From Lytechinus pictus (taxonomy: Eukaryota): a DNA stretch of 64,000 bases. Made by a program: the position numbers and the translations under genes. Where the stretch lies: NCBI RefSeq assembly GCF_037042905.1, contig NC_087252.1, positions 5,210,001 through 5,274,000 of the forward strand. Reading direction: 5' to 3'. Below, piece after piece: positions 1-12,990 of the stretch. A model generated the notes under the pieces. That model did not search any database, was not told the origin of the DNA, and worked only from the letters and a program-made list of their open reading frames with translations. Each line of letters starts with the position of its first letter. The first letter of the stretch is position 1.

Positions 1-544
1 ATGGTCAAGAAGTAAAAAAAGTTTTGTTCCCTCGAAACATGGCTTGTATTTCCATAATTTCATCGCATGGTTAACAAAAGACTTAATGCATGGCTGATTG
101 TCAACAAAACGGAGTGTCGAGTGAGTTTGAACGCTCGCCTGTAAAATCTCTTCATTTTATGAAATTATTGAAATTCAAGCCTTATTTCAAATAACCAGAA
201 CTTTGTTATTTCATGACCATTTTCTGTAATTGAGGTTTCTGTTTCTGTTTCTGTTTTCTGTTTGTGGTAACTCCCGTAGGAACTCGGCAGGACAGCAGAG
301 GTATCAAATTAAAGGTATCAAAATAAAGAGCAGATAGTGAACTTTTAAAAAATGATTCAAAAGTGTTGGATGAGGACTGAACTGAAAAGCTGCAAAACGA
401 GCAGAAATAGTCATGAATGGTCATTACAGAACATGTGTCAATACAGATAAAAATCCATTCAATTCAAGCCCCTGCTTCTGTAGTGATGGTTCTGTGAGAT
501 AACCTGGTTTGAGTCGTGGATTGAAATACCCATGCGTGTTTGTA

Positions 545-1120
545 TGTTTGTTTGTTATGTGCTTACTTGTGCAAAGGTGTGTTTGATTCCATGTTAATGT
601 TGATATTAAGGTGCATGAGAATAATTAAAAGCAACCGCTGAGAAACTGACTCATCACCACTGAAAAAAGAACAGTGCCATTCAATATTGTGTCATTTTGC
701 AACTTTTGAATTTTGAAGTTGCCCCACATTTCAAGGCACTGCACCTCCATGTGAACGATTATCACATCATGGAGGATATCATTTAAAAGAAAATTAAATG
801 ATCTGTTCATTAATAATAATTATACATTGATATTTACTAAAACCAATGTTGAATTATCGATCAAAATCAAAAGAAACCGCTGAGAAACTGACTCATCACC
901 ACGGAAAAAAGAACGATGACATTCAATATTGTGTCATTTTGCAACTTTTGAATTTTGACCTTGCCCCACATTTCAAGGCACTGCACCTTCATGTGAACCA
1001 TAATCATATCATGGAGGATATCATTTTAAAGAGAATTAAATGCACTATTTATTTATATTAATTACTCATTGATATTTAAAACCGAGGAGGGATTTTCGAT
1101 CAAAGTCAGATTTCCAAACT
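545..1120. repeat. Interspersed repeat with internal tandem subunits; related copy inverted at ~35039-35715
   Basis: ~637-840 resembles ~877-1080. 545-710 matches the reverse complement of 35039-35205. Confidence 0.6.
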
Positions 1121-1130
1121 TTTTTTTAGG

Positions 1131-1214
<84 letters not shown>

Positions 1215-1345
1215 ATATGTGTGAAGTTATACATGTACTACAGCTTTGGCAACTCTTTTATTTAAATATTGTGTGAAAGAAATTGATGAAGAAAATCTGT
1301 CTATCTGACGGTCAATCGGATCGGGGTCGCCCTAGCCACTAACCC

Positions 1346-1417
1346 GTCTCTGTGGTCTAGTGGTTAAGGCACCGGCGTTCAAAGCTGGGGGCCCGGGTTC
1401 GATTCCCGGCAGAGACA
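1346..1417 (+). tRNA. tRNA-like gene, anticodon TCA, short variable arm, Glu-like body
   Basis: Acceptor stem GTCTCTG/CAGAGAC, D stem GTCT/AGGC, anticodon stem CCGGC/GCTGG with loop GTTCAAA, T arm CCGGG-TTCGATT-CCCGG, discriminator A, then T6 at 1418-1423. Confidence 0.7.
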
Positions 1418-1755
1418 TTTTTTCGGCATCACCAATTTTTCCAAACAGGGTAGATAGCTCTGGGGAACCTTGATTTAAGCTACGCCTACCATTGTTCTCT
1501 TCATCAATTTCTTTCACACAATATTTAAATAAAAGAGTTGCCAAAGCTGTAGTACATGTATAACTTCACACATTTGTATACTTTCTCCCATACGTGTACT
1601 GTATCAAAGCAATAGCTTTGATCCAGCTGAGGCATGGCGGCTTGTCATTGTTCAAAACCCACCTTCACCCGACAAAGGAAATTACAATTGGTATGGTGTC
1701 GAAAATCTGTCTATCTGACGGTCAATCGGATCGGGGTCGCCCTAGCCACTAACCC

Positions 1756-1827
1756 GTCTCTGTGGTCTAGTGGTTAAGGCACCGGCGTTCAAAGCTGGGG
1801 GCCCGGGTTCGATTCCCGGCAGAGACA
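1756..1827 (+). tRNA. Second identical tRNA-like gene, anticodon TCA
   Basis: Exact copy of 1346-1417, also followed by T6. Confidence 0.7.
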
Positions 1828-1929
1828 TTTTTTCGGCATCACCAATTTTTCCAAAAAGGGTAGATAGCTCTGGGGAACCTTGATTTAAGCTACGCCTACC
1901 ATTGTTCTCTTCATCAATTTCTTTCACAC

Positions 1930-1971
<42 letters not shown>

Positions 1972-2909
1972 CCTATGTGTGTGTGTGGATTTGTTTTGTG
2001 TGATCGAGTGCCTTTGGAACGTTGATTCATGATTTTGCCCCCCCCCCCAATCTGAAAAATGGATCGACGCCCCTGGCGCACAGGTCCACCTTTCGGTGCT
2101 TATGGCGCTTCAAGGAAACTAAACCATGTACCCGGGTGACGCAAAATTGGTCTCAAGAGTTGCGCAAGACTTGAAAATAAAAAGTCAGCGAGCGGCGCTG
2201 TCAAAACATTTCGCGCAGCAAAAATATTGCGCGAATCGTTGAGGGGGGGGGGGGGGGCCTCCAAGGCCCCCCGGCTTAGATAGGGTTAAGGTGCTTAGCC
2301 GAGCATAGAGTTTCAGTCACACTCTATTGGTGGGTCAAATTTTATGTTTGGAGCAAAAAGTGCGCAATTTGCCACACACCATTTCAAAGTTGGGCAAAGG
2401 TTTTAACCAATACGGGGCAACATACTGCCCAACTACCCGTATCAATTGTTGGATGAAGTTTCTAATCAATTATTGTGTGGACAGTGCACTCTTTGTCCTT
2501 ATCTGCCTTATTATACATTTTACACGTGCATTTTAATAATGGTTTGTCTCATCAATCAAGGATATATCACTTCTTGAATGTAATACTTATAGAAAAAGAA
2601 AACATAATTAAAAAGAATAGTTTCTACACTGTAGATTGAAGACTATCAAGGGTCATTCCATCTGGATTTTAAACGACGCAATGGCCCTTTGAAAGTTGGT
2701 AACGTCCATTTTTGTTAAAGCAAAGAGAAAAGAGTGGACCGTAGAGCGAGAACCGACGGGCCGTTTGCATTATATATTTTTTGATTTTGTGCTTGGCCCA
2801 TGTGAAATTTCATGTGTAAACAAAAAATCTGAGAACATGGGTGCAATATTGCATATTCATAGGTAAATTGGCATAGATTGAACCCTTGAACATTAGAACA
2901 TTTACTCAC

Positions 2910-2976
2910 ATTGTGATACGCAAGACATGACCATGAAAACGATGAAGATGACATATATTCTGTTTGGTGTGAACAT
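2910..2976 (-). CDS. First coding exon (signal peptide MFTPNRIYVIFIVFMVMSCVSQ), paralog A of a secreted/receptor family; remaining exons not found, probably left of window
   Basis: ATG in GTCATCATG context, 22 codons with a hydrophobic core, phase-1 donor GTGAGT at 2909-2904. Same 67-nt length and phase as the paralog at 36785-36851. Confidence 0.7.
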
Positions 2977-3615
2977 GATGACTGCACAGTAATATATTTT
3001 TGCTGATATGAAATGAGTGGTACAACAATGGTAGGTGGTGACTACTGAAATAACATTGATGATATTCCGTTTTGATACATTTGCTGTCAACCGTCTGTAG
3101 TCGTTTCTTATCACAAGGCTGCAGTCTTTACAAACTTGGAAAGCGATGGTATCGTTTTTGATTAGGATACACCCAGAATGCACAAACTCCGACCCCAGAC
3201 TCCGACACAAAGCAAAGCAATACAAGTCAATCCAAATAATTCAAACTAATGGCAATCCGAGCCGAGCTTAAAGTGTTAGAACCTCGAAGACAGGTTGCAA
3301 GATGAATTTTAGATCCAAGTTGATTTTGTCTTGATTTCCAGTTGGGTATAAACTTTCAAGCAATTTCTATATCCATGCTCCGAGTGAGCTCTCCTACCAG
3401 CCTACAGAAACAGTCGGCTGTGAACAGTTTCTATGATACTGCACGAAAGCGCAGACCAACGGAGAGGCGTCAACAGGATATTGAATACCGTAATGTGTAT
3501 GTACTCAATATTGTTCTCACGCATAGAAACTTCCTGCTTATCACAACGACGTTTGTATCTGTATAGTGTGGATAAAAAAGAAAATCCCAAAAGAACTTTG
3601 AGCCACGGTTTGTTT

Positions 3616-6600
3616 TTAGTCGATTTGACAGTCCCATAGGCTCAATACACCAACCTAGAAATGTTTTTTCCGATGAAGTTTTTTTTCTTGATTCGTGTTC
3701 CTATGGGGTCCTAGAACAAATTCAGCTTGGTTGCCCAAAGTTGCCGTTTGGGCAATTTTGCTAATTTGCATAAATCCAAAATGGCCGCCAGATGCCATCT
3801 TGAAAACCTAACTTTTGAACCCCTTTCCACAAAATGATGAGTAATGACTCGTTTTAGGGGTTTAGAGATGTGTAGAACCGATTTCTGGAATCATTTTTGC
3901 AATGTAAGGTCATCTTCAGGTCAAATCCAAGATGGCCGCCAGATGCCATCTTGAAAAATTAAAGTTGAACCCTTGCCCCAGAATGACGAGTAATACCTCT
4001 TTTTAGGGGTTTTGGGGTGTGTATAATCCATTTCTGCTTTCTATTTTGCTATATAATGTCATCTTCAGGTCAAATCCAAGATGGCCGCCATATAACGCCA
4101 TCTTGAAATATCAACTTTTGAACCCTTTGCCCCAGAATCATGAATAATAACTCTACACGTGAGTCATTTGATATGTTGATTCAATTTATGCTGTAATTTT
4201 GCATAAAAGATTTTAAAATTTTATTTTATTTGATCTTCAGATCAAATCCATTATGGTCGCCAACCGCCATCTTGAAAAATTACTTCCCGTGGTTTATACG
4301 TGTAAGAGCTAATGTAAAGGGATTTCAGTATAATAATACTCATTTCTTTTATGAATTCTCACGTTTTCGTCCCAGAATCATGAATAATCCCTCTTTTCGT
4401 GAGTTATTTGGTATGTTGATTCCATTTATGTAAATAATTTTACAATATATGATCATCTCCAGGTCAAAATAATCGAACATGGCCGCTAAACGCCATATTA
4501 AGAAAAAATATACTTCCCGAGACTATCGAACCTTGAAGATTCTCCCTAATAAGGTTACTATTATGTATGGGAGCTCATGTAAGGGGATTTCAGTGAGAAT
4601 GATTCATTTCTTTTAATCACTCCATTTTTAGTTCGAGGTCAAGTCACGTCTAATATGGTCAGATGGTTGATAGATTTCGTCATTAACCGCTTACTTTAGA
4701 ATGAAACCATTCAAGGTTTGGGCTATGATTTCGGGAGTTCTAATCCCTTTTTTTAAATTTCTGTCCAACCATACCTTTCTTGTGAAAGGACTTTAAAGTA
4801 TTATTTGAATTAAAAAGTGATTTCTCCGTGTTTTTTCAAAAAATTAGTTAACTTATTAACTTTCTTTATAATTATCATTGGACTATTCCTCCTGACAAGA
4901 GCCATTGACTTGGTCAGCAGGAGTGCACTATTTAGCCTGCTGCAGAAGATAGGCTCCCCCAAGACTGTTCCATGGTCAGGATGGATCTCATTCGTGAAAT
5001 GTTGTACGGAAACGATGTCGCCCCTGCTTCTCAAGAGGTGAGAGTACAAGACCTACTCATGCATAACAGCTGCCTGTCCTGTGCATGTAAGGAGCTTGGA
5101 TCACCCATCAGCCTGTGAGACAGAAATCCTGATCGACTCAAGACACTGACTGCCCTCCAGATATTTATATCAACAGCACGCACTCGTCTGTTTCTGGTGG
5201 ACTCCTCACCTACCTTTGATCGACTACATACAAGTAGCTCCCTTTCACTGGATAAGTATATAAGCACCGGGATAGTAAAATCTGTCAGTCATGGCCAAGC
5301 TCCTGTACGGAAGTAAGTCCTTGAAAACATACGCCGACCAAGAAAAGCGGCTAAACACCTTCCATGTCAGCTGCCTCGGACGTATCATGCACATTAAATG
5401 GCAGGACAAAGTGAAAAATACAGACGCCCTTCAGCGTAAGTGCTGGCATCCCCACCTTATTCTCGCTCCTAAGTCAAAGGCACCTCAAGTAGTTGGGGCA
5501 TGTTCGCCGCATGAAACCTTGGCGAATCCCTTCTTGGATTCGCCAAGGTAAGGTGATCTGTGTGATTGGTCTCACCCCCATCGGTAGATCACACCTCCGT
5601 TATAGAGACACCTGCAAATGTGACATAAAATTTGCCGGCATATACAAGAACACTTGTGAAGATGTAGATGATAGTCGCCATTCTATAGAGAGCTACTAAG
5701 TTCAGGGGTCAAGACGTCAGAAAATAATCGGAATGCTAAATTGGCAGACCAAAGACCTAGGAGGAAGGCTAGGGCAGCATCTCTATCTAAACCTGTCTCA
5801 GCGCCATCCTCCTTCATCTGTACAAATTTGCTATAGGTACTGCCACTCTAGAGTGGAGCTCTACAGTCACTCTCGAAATTGTAAGACCTAGCGCTACCCC
5901 ATCGTCTTTTAAGGGGAACTGATGCCTACCAATCATTGGACACATTGATTTAGAAAAAAATATTGAGAAAACACTTTCAAATTCAAATAAGACTCTAAAG
6001 CCTCTTCAGTACAAAAGTATGGATGGACATTAAAAAAATAAAAATGCACGCGCAATGGATCATAGCCCAAACCTAAAGAGGATTCATTCTAAGGTGAGCA
6101 GTTAATGTCGAAAACTGACACCTCAGATGTGACTTCCCCTTATACTAAAAATTGAGAATTAATACAAGAAATGGGTATTCTTACTGGAATCCCTTTACAT
6201 TAGCTCTTACACGCATAAGCCTCGGAAAGTAATTTTTTCAAGATCGCGGTTGGCGGCCATCTTGGATTTGATCTGAAGATTATCCTTTTAGGCAAAATTA
6301 CAGCATAAATTGAATCAACAAACCAAATGACTCATGAATAGAGTTATTATTTAGGATTCTGGGGCAAAGGGTTAAAAAATTGATTTTTCAAGATGGCGTC
6401 ATATGGCGGCCATCTTGGATTTGACCTGAAGATGACATTACATAGCAAAATAGACAGCATAAATGGGTTCTACACACCCCAAAACCCCTAAAAAGAGGTA
6501 TTACTCATCATTCTAGGGCAAGGAGTTCAACTTCAATTTTTCAAGATGGCATCTGGCGGCCATCTTGGATTTTACCTGAAGATGACCTTATATTGCAAAA

Positions 6601-6856
6601 ATGATTCCAGAAATCGGTTCTACACATCTCTAAACCCCTAAAACGAGTCATTACTCATCATTTTGTGGAAAGGGGTTCAAAAGTTAGGTTTACAAGATGG
6701 CATCTGGCGGCCATTTTGGATTTATGCAAATTAGCAAAATTGCCCAATTTGGGCAACCAAGCTGAATTTGTTCTAGGACCCCATAGGAACACGAATCAAG
6801 AAAAAAACTTCATCGGAAAGAACATTTCTAGGTTCGGAGAATGTCAAATCGACTAA
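3616..6856. mobile_element. Foldback/MITE-type DNA transposon with ~1 kb inverted arms
   Basis: Termini TTAGTCGATTTGACA / TGTCAAATCGACTAA. ~3655-4730 is inverted relative to ~6060-6833. Internal subrepeats contain CCAAGATGGCCGCC. Confidence 0.8.
4860..5930 (+). pseudogene. Degenerate RTE-clade LINE 3' fragment nested in the foldback element
   Basis: Peptides LLYGSKS..TY..QEKRLNTFH..CL.RI.HIKWQDKV.N and GHVRRM...RIP...GR..LRY.D are typical of the RTE RT C-terminus. Frameshifted. Confidence 0.75.
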
Positions 6857-8025
6857 TGCCCCGTACGCGTTAAGTGAATTAACGGTATACGCGCATAATC
6901 ATGTTTTCGTATCTCTGACCGATGTACGTAGCACTGCGCATACACGTTGCTAAGCTGAACACAATGCGCGTACGTACGCTGCTTACCTTTTGGATTTTCT
7001 TCTGGATTTTATGGAATTCGTTCACAAATTGGACTTCATGGATTTATGACTTTATGGATCTATGTTGAAAGTACTTGATTCTCCTGGGATTACTGGAGAA
7101 AATCTACTCGACGATCAAAAGACAACATTGTATGGTAGGGGGTCCTTAAGCTGCGCGGGTCCTAAAGCTACGCACCACTCATCGCGCATGCAGTTTTTAT
7201 GGCAAATGCGCACTTTGTGTGTAAAATTTTGACTGCCGAGTGACGAACGATTCCTTTTCAATTTTTTCTACAGAGGCTGCAGTAAATCTCTAAATGCAGA
7301 GAAAACCAACAACTGTTTGGAATTTTGGAGTTATATTCGCTTTAATTTCATTTTATTCCATAATGATATGAATATATTTTAGAAAATGAGGCACAGGAAA
7401 TACTATTTTTTTGCATGATAAATCGAGTGCGTTGCTTTAGGACCCCTTCTACATCGGGCGGCGAAATCAAGAGGTGTTCGGAAAACACGGCGGGATTTTC
7501 GTATTAGTGAGTTTTGCAATATTTTCTTCTTCGTTAATGATCTGAAGAATGTTTACCACAAATTAGTGAAAGATAATTTGTTGAAATATAAATTTGGGAT
7601 AGTTTGTATTGTTTGAAAACAAAGTGCGTAGCTTTAGGTCCCCCCATTATAACTTTTTACGCAAAATAAGACGTAACGCGCGTTAGTCATAGACTAGACC
7701 TATATCATTGTATATATCTAGCCTATCTAGATCTAGTCTAAACTGTAAGCTATCGGTGTTGTGTAAAACAAATATTCAATGTTGTATTCGTGCGACGTTC
7801 CGAAAATTACATTCGTTGCAAGTATTAACAGTCTATTCAACTCCGCTTCGCGTGTTGAATAGAATAATTGAATAATCCTATCAATGTACTTTTTCTTATT
7901 AGGACAAAATAAACTCGGGACAAGGGTGACACGATATTTGCTCCTGCGACGATTGCTCCGGCTTTGCTTTGCCTAAGATATAGGGTTAGGGTTATGTTAT
8001 GTGTAGGATTAGGTCTAGGGAAAGA

Positions 8026-8056
<31 letters not shown>

Positions 8057-9029
8057 ACCACTTGTGGGATGGAACACCCTATCAGCAAATGCTGTTTTTC
8101 GTAGGGGTCCATAGCCTCGAAAGAGTCCTGTAGACAGATAGAGAATTAATCCAGGGTTGAAGTTAGTCATTTAGTGAGTGAAATTTACGGCAGTGTAAAT
8201 GTAGCCGGAGCAATTGTCAGCAAGCCGAGGCAAGCATACCCTATTTTTTTCTCTATACATTCATTATTTTTTTAAATTAGATATCTACAACAATTCCCTT
8301 TACACTACATAAGGGTGGATCAGAATATGTGGCGGGTAGATCGAGGCAATAGTTCATAAAGCTTATTCAATTTGTAAGATAGATAGTTGAATGGTTGGCA
8401 ATCCCTACATAAAGCTTCATTTTTTCAATCACACTGTAGTAATGGCGGTAAATATTTATCAGCACAATCATGACAAAGGCTTACGTTGGCGTTGTCACAT
8501 GACTGGTTTTCCCCATTCTCTCTGTGATCTATATGTAGTGCAGCACAATAGCATAGAGGTTTCAGGTTTGACTCGATTTCGACATGCATGAACAAGGAAG
8601 CGATAAATTCAACTCCAACACGTTTTCACTTATTAATCTCTATGTTTGGAATATATATAATATTTGATACTATATTCAATCTCATGTTCAATCAAATATG
8701 CAGACATGGAAATAATAGAGCCTTGTTGTAGACTTACCTATGAAGGCTGTGTTAGTTGACCTTTACAATTCAGATAATTTCCGTGCGATATATGATTATA
8801 AGCATAGAATTGTGAGATCTGAAATGGAATGTTAAGTGACTAATGCAAACAATACTGAGAAATGTTTTTGGGTCCAAGATCTAGGGATATTTATTTCCTA
8901 CAGTATTTTTAATCTTTGGTGAAGAGCATTTCCTTTTCTTGTTAGCATTGATGATTTTCATTCATTACCTTGTCCATAGATCACAATTACTTGCAGTTTA
9001 GGGATCATTTTTGTGAAAATTAGTTTTCC

Positions 9030-9370
9030 CTATTCATAATGTACATAATAGGGTATATGGCGGCCATTATGAATATGAAGAAAATAAATATTTTTTAATT
9101 TTTTTTCAGAGAGTATTTCACTCCTGCAACACAATTTTATACATTTTATAGCCACTGGCAGTTTTATAATTTTCATGGGTAGTTTGCATATTTTGGCGGC
9201 CATATTGGATTCTGCAAATTTGTGAAAAATGCTCAAGGTTACACGAGTGGCATCATTCAGATTCGTAATCAGCACCCTCGAATTGATACGAAACCAGAGA
9301 AAAATTTGTATATATCAATATGAAAAAACAAGGTTGGGTCAATTTTCCTATCCTGGGCCTATCCTGGACT
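9030..9370 (-). mobile_element. DNA transposon end fragment; inverted sister copy at 12991-13390
   Basis: Terminus CTATCCTGGACTA versus TAGTCCAGGATAG at 12991. The two copies share conceptual translations (MLITNLNDAT...). Confidence 0.6.
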
Positions 9371-9979
9371 AAACGCTGGAATTTAGTCGGATATAAAATC
9401 AGAAAATAAAACAAGATCAAAGTCTTCTTTGTTTTCACCAAAAAGTTGTATGCTCAATATTATAGAAGACCCCAAATTAAGGTAGGGATGAAATTGTTCA
9501 ATTATTATTCATTTTGTGCTTGATTTTATGAATCATGAAATTCTAATTTGGCGCGAGCCCTCAGTCAAACATCAAATTGGTGCCCCAAAGGTCGAATATC
9601 AGTTTGAAGCCCCGTTCGAATAATTAGCGCCTCAAAGGTCGAACATGAATTTGGCACCCTCCCAGGTCGAAAATTAATTTTGCGCCCCAGAGATCGAACA
9701 TCGATTTTGCGCCCCCTGGTCAACCATCACATTGGCGCCCCGAAGGTCGAACATCAATTTGGCGGCCGGGCCCCCAAAGCCCCCCCCCGAATATGAATGA
9801 AGGGGCGTCTATCCAACTTTAAGATTGGGGGGCAAAATTATGAATTCCAAAGGCACTCGATCACACAAAATAACAACACCTCCTTTTTCTCTCTATCTCT
9901 CTCACACACACACACTCACACACACGCACACATACACACACACCCACACACACACACATTATTATTAAGCATTCTGAGC

Positions 9980-11085
9980 AATGTTTGTGATCCTGAACAA
10001 GATGCGTATGTAACTGAATAATTACAGCGAGCACGGAGCGCGCGCACAATATTTTATGTACGTTCTGGGCCTGAAAATGGACGTGTTAGACTGTTTTGCA
10101 GTTACCCATGAAGAGGAAACACATTTCAACATTCAATTATTGTGAGCGCGAAGCGCGAGTTGAAAAATTGTGTCATTCCGACCCCCAAAACTAGACTTTC
10201 ATTTATTGGCACTTTTTTGTAATCATGAACAGAATAGGTATGTAAATAACCATTTGATGCGAGCGCAAAGCGCGAGCAGGAAAAGGGAGATTGATGCCTA
10301 AAAATGGGACACTCTATTCATGTTTTGGAAATCATAAAAAAGGATTGGTAATTGGGTATCTTCCTGCATTAACAATGCAAGCGCCAATGTGAATAATCTA
10401 AGCACGTTTCAAATAACGAACAAGCTGCGTATTAGATTTAGACCTCGATTCTAGGCATTCTATATACATTTCTCTAATTATGAAAATCAATAATGCGAGC
10501 GCGAAGCTCGAGCTGAAAACGGATATTCTGATCTGAAGAAGGATCAATTTACGCAATATTTCAAGCACTGTGTAGTGATCTTGTGAGGTGGATATGGATC
10601 GCACTTACTAAATAAATGTCAAATATTAATAATCAGGGGCGGATCCAGCTTCTGCCAATGGAAGGGGGGGGGGCTGATTTTTTTGCACCCATTTTCCCCG
10701 ATCGGCTGCTCAAAGTTGATTTTTGTTTGTTTCTTTGAAGGGGTTGTCCCAGAGGCCTAATGAGCCAACAATGTTGAGCGGGCTCGATGTGGCATATCGT
10801 TTAAATTGATAAGAAGTGCGAGCAAGCGAGCAAAAATTTTGACATTTTTATTACAAGAATCCAAGTTTGTGATAGATTTTGACATAATATTAAAAAAATA
10901 TATATATTATATTTCACCCTTATCCCTTTCCCTTTCTCTTTTTTTTTCTTTATCGTGATTTTTTTTTTTTGGGGGGGGGAGGGGCAAAACGCCCATGTCC
11001 TAGCAGTCGTTTCTCAGCTTTATTCTGTGAAATAATCTAATAAGCCCTATTTAGGTAGTGTGAGCGCAAAGCGCGAGTTATTTTT
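9980..11085 (-). mobile_element. MITE-family remnant with repeated GAGCGCGAAGCGCGAG motifs (same family as 59494-61682)
   Basis: Motif recurs at ~10144, 10261, 10496 and 11062. It is the reverse complement of the GCTCGCGCTTCGCGCTC motif at 59.7-61.5 kb. Confidence 0.55.
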
Positions 11086-11799
11086 TTTCAATAATTTAAT
11101 TTATTTCAACAGTATTCAATAACAATTTACCGTAAACAAAGATGCGGAGTCGAATGGGAGGGGAGTTCATGCTTTCCCATTGTCTCAAAGTGGCATGCAT
11201 TCAATTCACCTCCTCCATTTACTCATTTTAGAGGAAAGTAAAGTTATTAAACCCTTTTTTTTTCAAGCTTATAAGGTGAGAAATTTAATGCATTTACATG
11301 CATTCCTTTCATGTACCACGAGCGTGTTTTTATCTCCCCCTCTATTTATTTCATTCCTTTTTCTCTGCCTTAATTTTGGTGTTCATATTGTGCAGCAAGT
11401 CATGTGTTACATTTATAAGCAACTAAAATGTTATTCGTAACCAGCTTAAATGGTTTTACAAGAATTTGTGTTACTCCGATAATTTTGTATTATATAAAAA
11501 TATTTTGTAAAAATAATTTGTTTTAAATGATGCAAATATTCAGTTTACTTTAGTTTAATTTATTCATTTTCTCAGCATAAAAAATGATATTTATACATTA
11601 TGTACAGGAATTACAAATATTATCAGAGAAAAATGGAAAATACAAAACAGTTTATAACAACTTGTGAGTAGTAGTTCCCAGTACATTAAATTAAATAAAA
11701 AAAAAATTAAATGGATAATGCACACACAGCATTAACAAACATACATACAGGGAAGGTGGGGCGGAAAAAATATTTTTTTGCATATTCATATATATATAT

Positions 11800-12990
11800 A
11801 TATATATATGTATATCTATATATATTAAACTTAGATTTAAACGAGGAGATTATTCCAAATGCGTGTAATTATATGTTATTATATTCTAAATGGATATAAA
11901 TACTTTATAATAATTCTTTCTCATAAACGTGCTTTATTTTGTAAGATTTTATACGTTTTGTCTGATTCACTATATAACGTATAATTATGTCGTACTTTTT
12001 CATGCTGACACTATTATAGCGGGGAATTCCATTCAACGTTTGCGTCATAGCGCGTTGTCAGCTTGCAGGGTGAAAGGTTACGTGGTTTTCCCCAGACCGT
12101 TCAGGTATCTATATTTATGCTGTCGACGTCTGATGTCCTTGTGTTGCAGCTGTACATGCACCACTGAATACAGTCTTATTATAATATCTTTTTTGGCATA
12201 TCATATTTATTTGCCCTACATTGTTGTGTTGTATTGTAACGTGCACATTTGTTGAGATATTTTAAATGCTTTAATATTGCCCCATAGGGTACATCATAAT
12301 TATGTACACATTTGGCCGGTATTCTCACGTCATGTTTACCTTGGCTTGAGCTATGGTATAACTCTGTGCTAAAATTATGGAATTAAGTAAACGTGCCAAA
12401 ACTATAAGCATGAGGCCTATGTGTTTCCTATCTTTACATGGCTCTTTTAAAAGCAGAATGAACCCGTCCACGGGAAACTAGCGAGCAAACTAATTTGCGT
12501 ATTGCCGACCCACGGCGTATTTGCATATACCCCCGGCTTATTTGCATATACGGATTACCGGCCGCGCCGCGCCGCACACCGACGCAACGGATCAATGCCC
12601 ACCTATTGTTCTCGCATTCGTGTGTAAATAGAATACGTTATCAGTTAATTTTCGTCACTTGATAAAGAGTTGCAGCGGCACTCGAAAGCTCGTGAACTTG
12701 TAAGCTAGTGAACACTTTTTGCGAGAGTGATCACGAATTTCCTAGAAAGCCAGTGAACACTTTTTGCGAGAGTGATCACGAATTTCCTTGTTGACCATAG
12801 TAGATTACGAGACAATGAATACCCTCTAGCAATCAATCAGAATGAACTATTTTCAGCAAGTATTCTCAATCAGTATAGGCTGGCTAATTAAACATGTTCT
12901 GTTTGATATTACTTACACAGTTGGATATCCATAGTTAAAACACAAATTTAGACCAGATTTTAAAGTAATGCGGACTTTGTGTTTGAGGTA
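11800..12990 (+). pseudogene. Plus-strand module copy 1: putative promoter plus decayed signal-peptide/LRR frame
   Basis: Paralogous to 13790-14465, 30780-32045 and 38445-39460. GGGGAATTCC at 12021-12030. The start codon is mutated to ATA at ~12181 and an early TGA follows. Confidence 0.45.
12464..12837 (+). mobile_element. Short Penelope-type 3' fragment with hammerhead-like motif and 10 bp TSD
   Basis: TSD CAGAATGAAC at 12454-12463 and 12838-12847. Absent from the paralog at ~39100. TCAC-TTGATAA-AGAGT..ACTC-GAAA-GCTC-GTGA at 12655-12695. Confidence 0.65.

Larger units (their letters stand above)
1217..1931. mobile_element. Non-autonomous element in (TA)n: partial tandem repeat (410 bp period) with inverted 5' segment; Penelope-like pLTR architecture
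   Basis: 1291-1520 repeats at 1701-1930 with one substitution seen. 1217-1292 is the reverse complement of ~1498-1572. (TA)n tracts lie on both sides (1135-1217, 1932-1969). Confidence 0.65.

Noticed and set aside
1346..1417. Call as bona fide tRNA-Sec
   Set aside because: It lacks the long variable arm and extended acceptor/D stems of tRNA-Sec.
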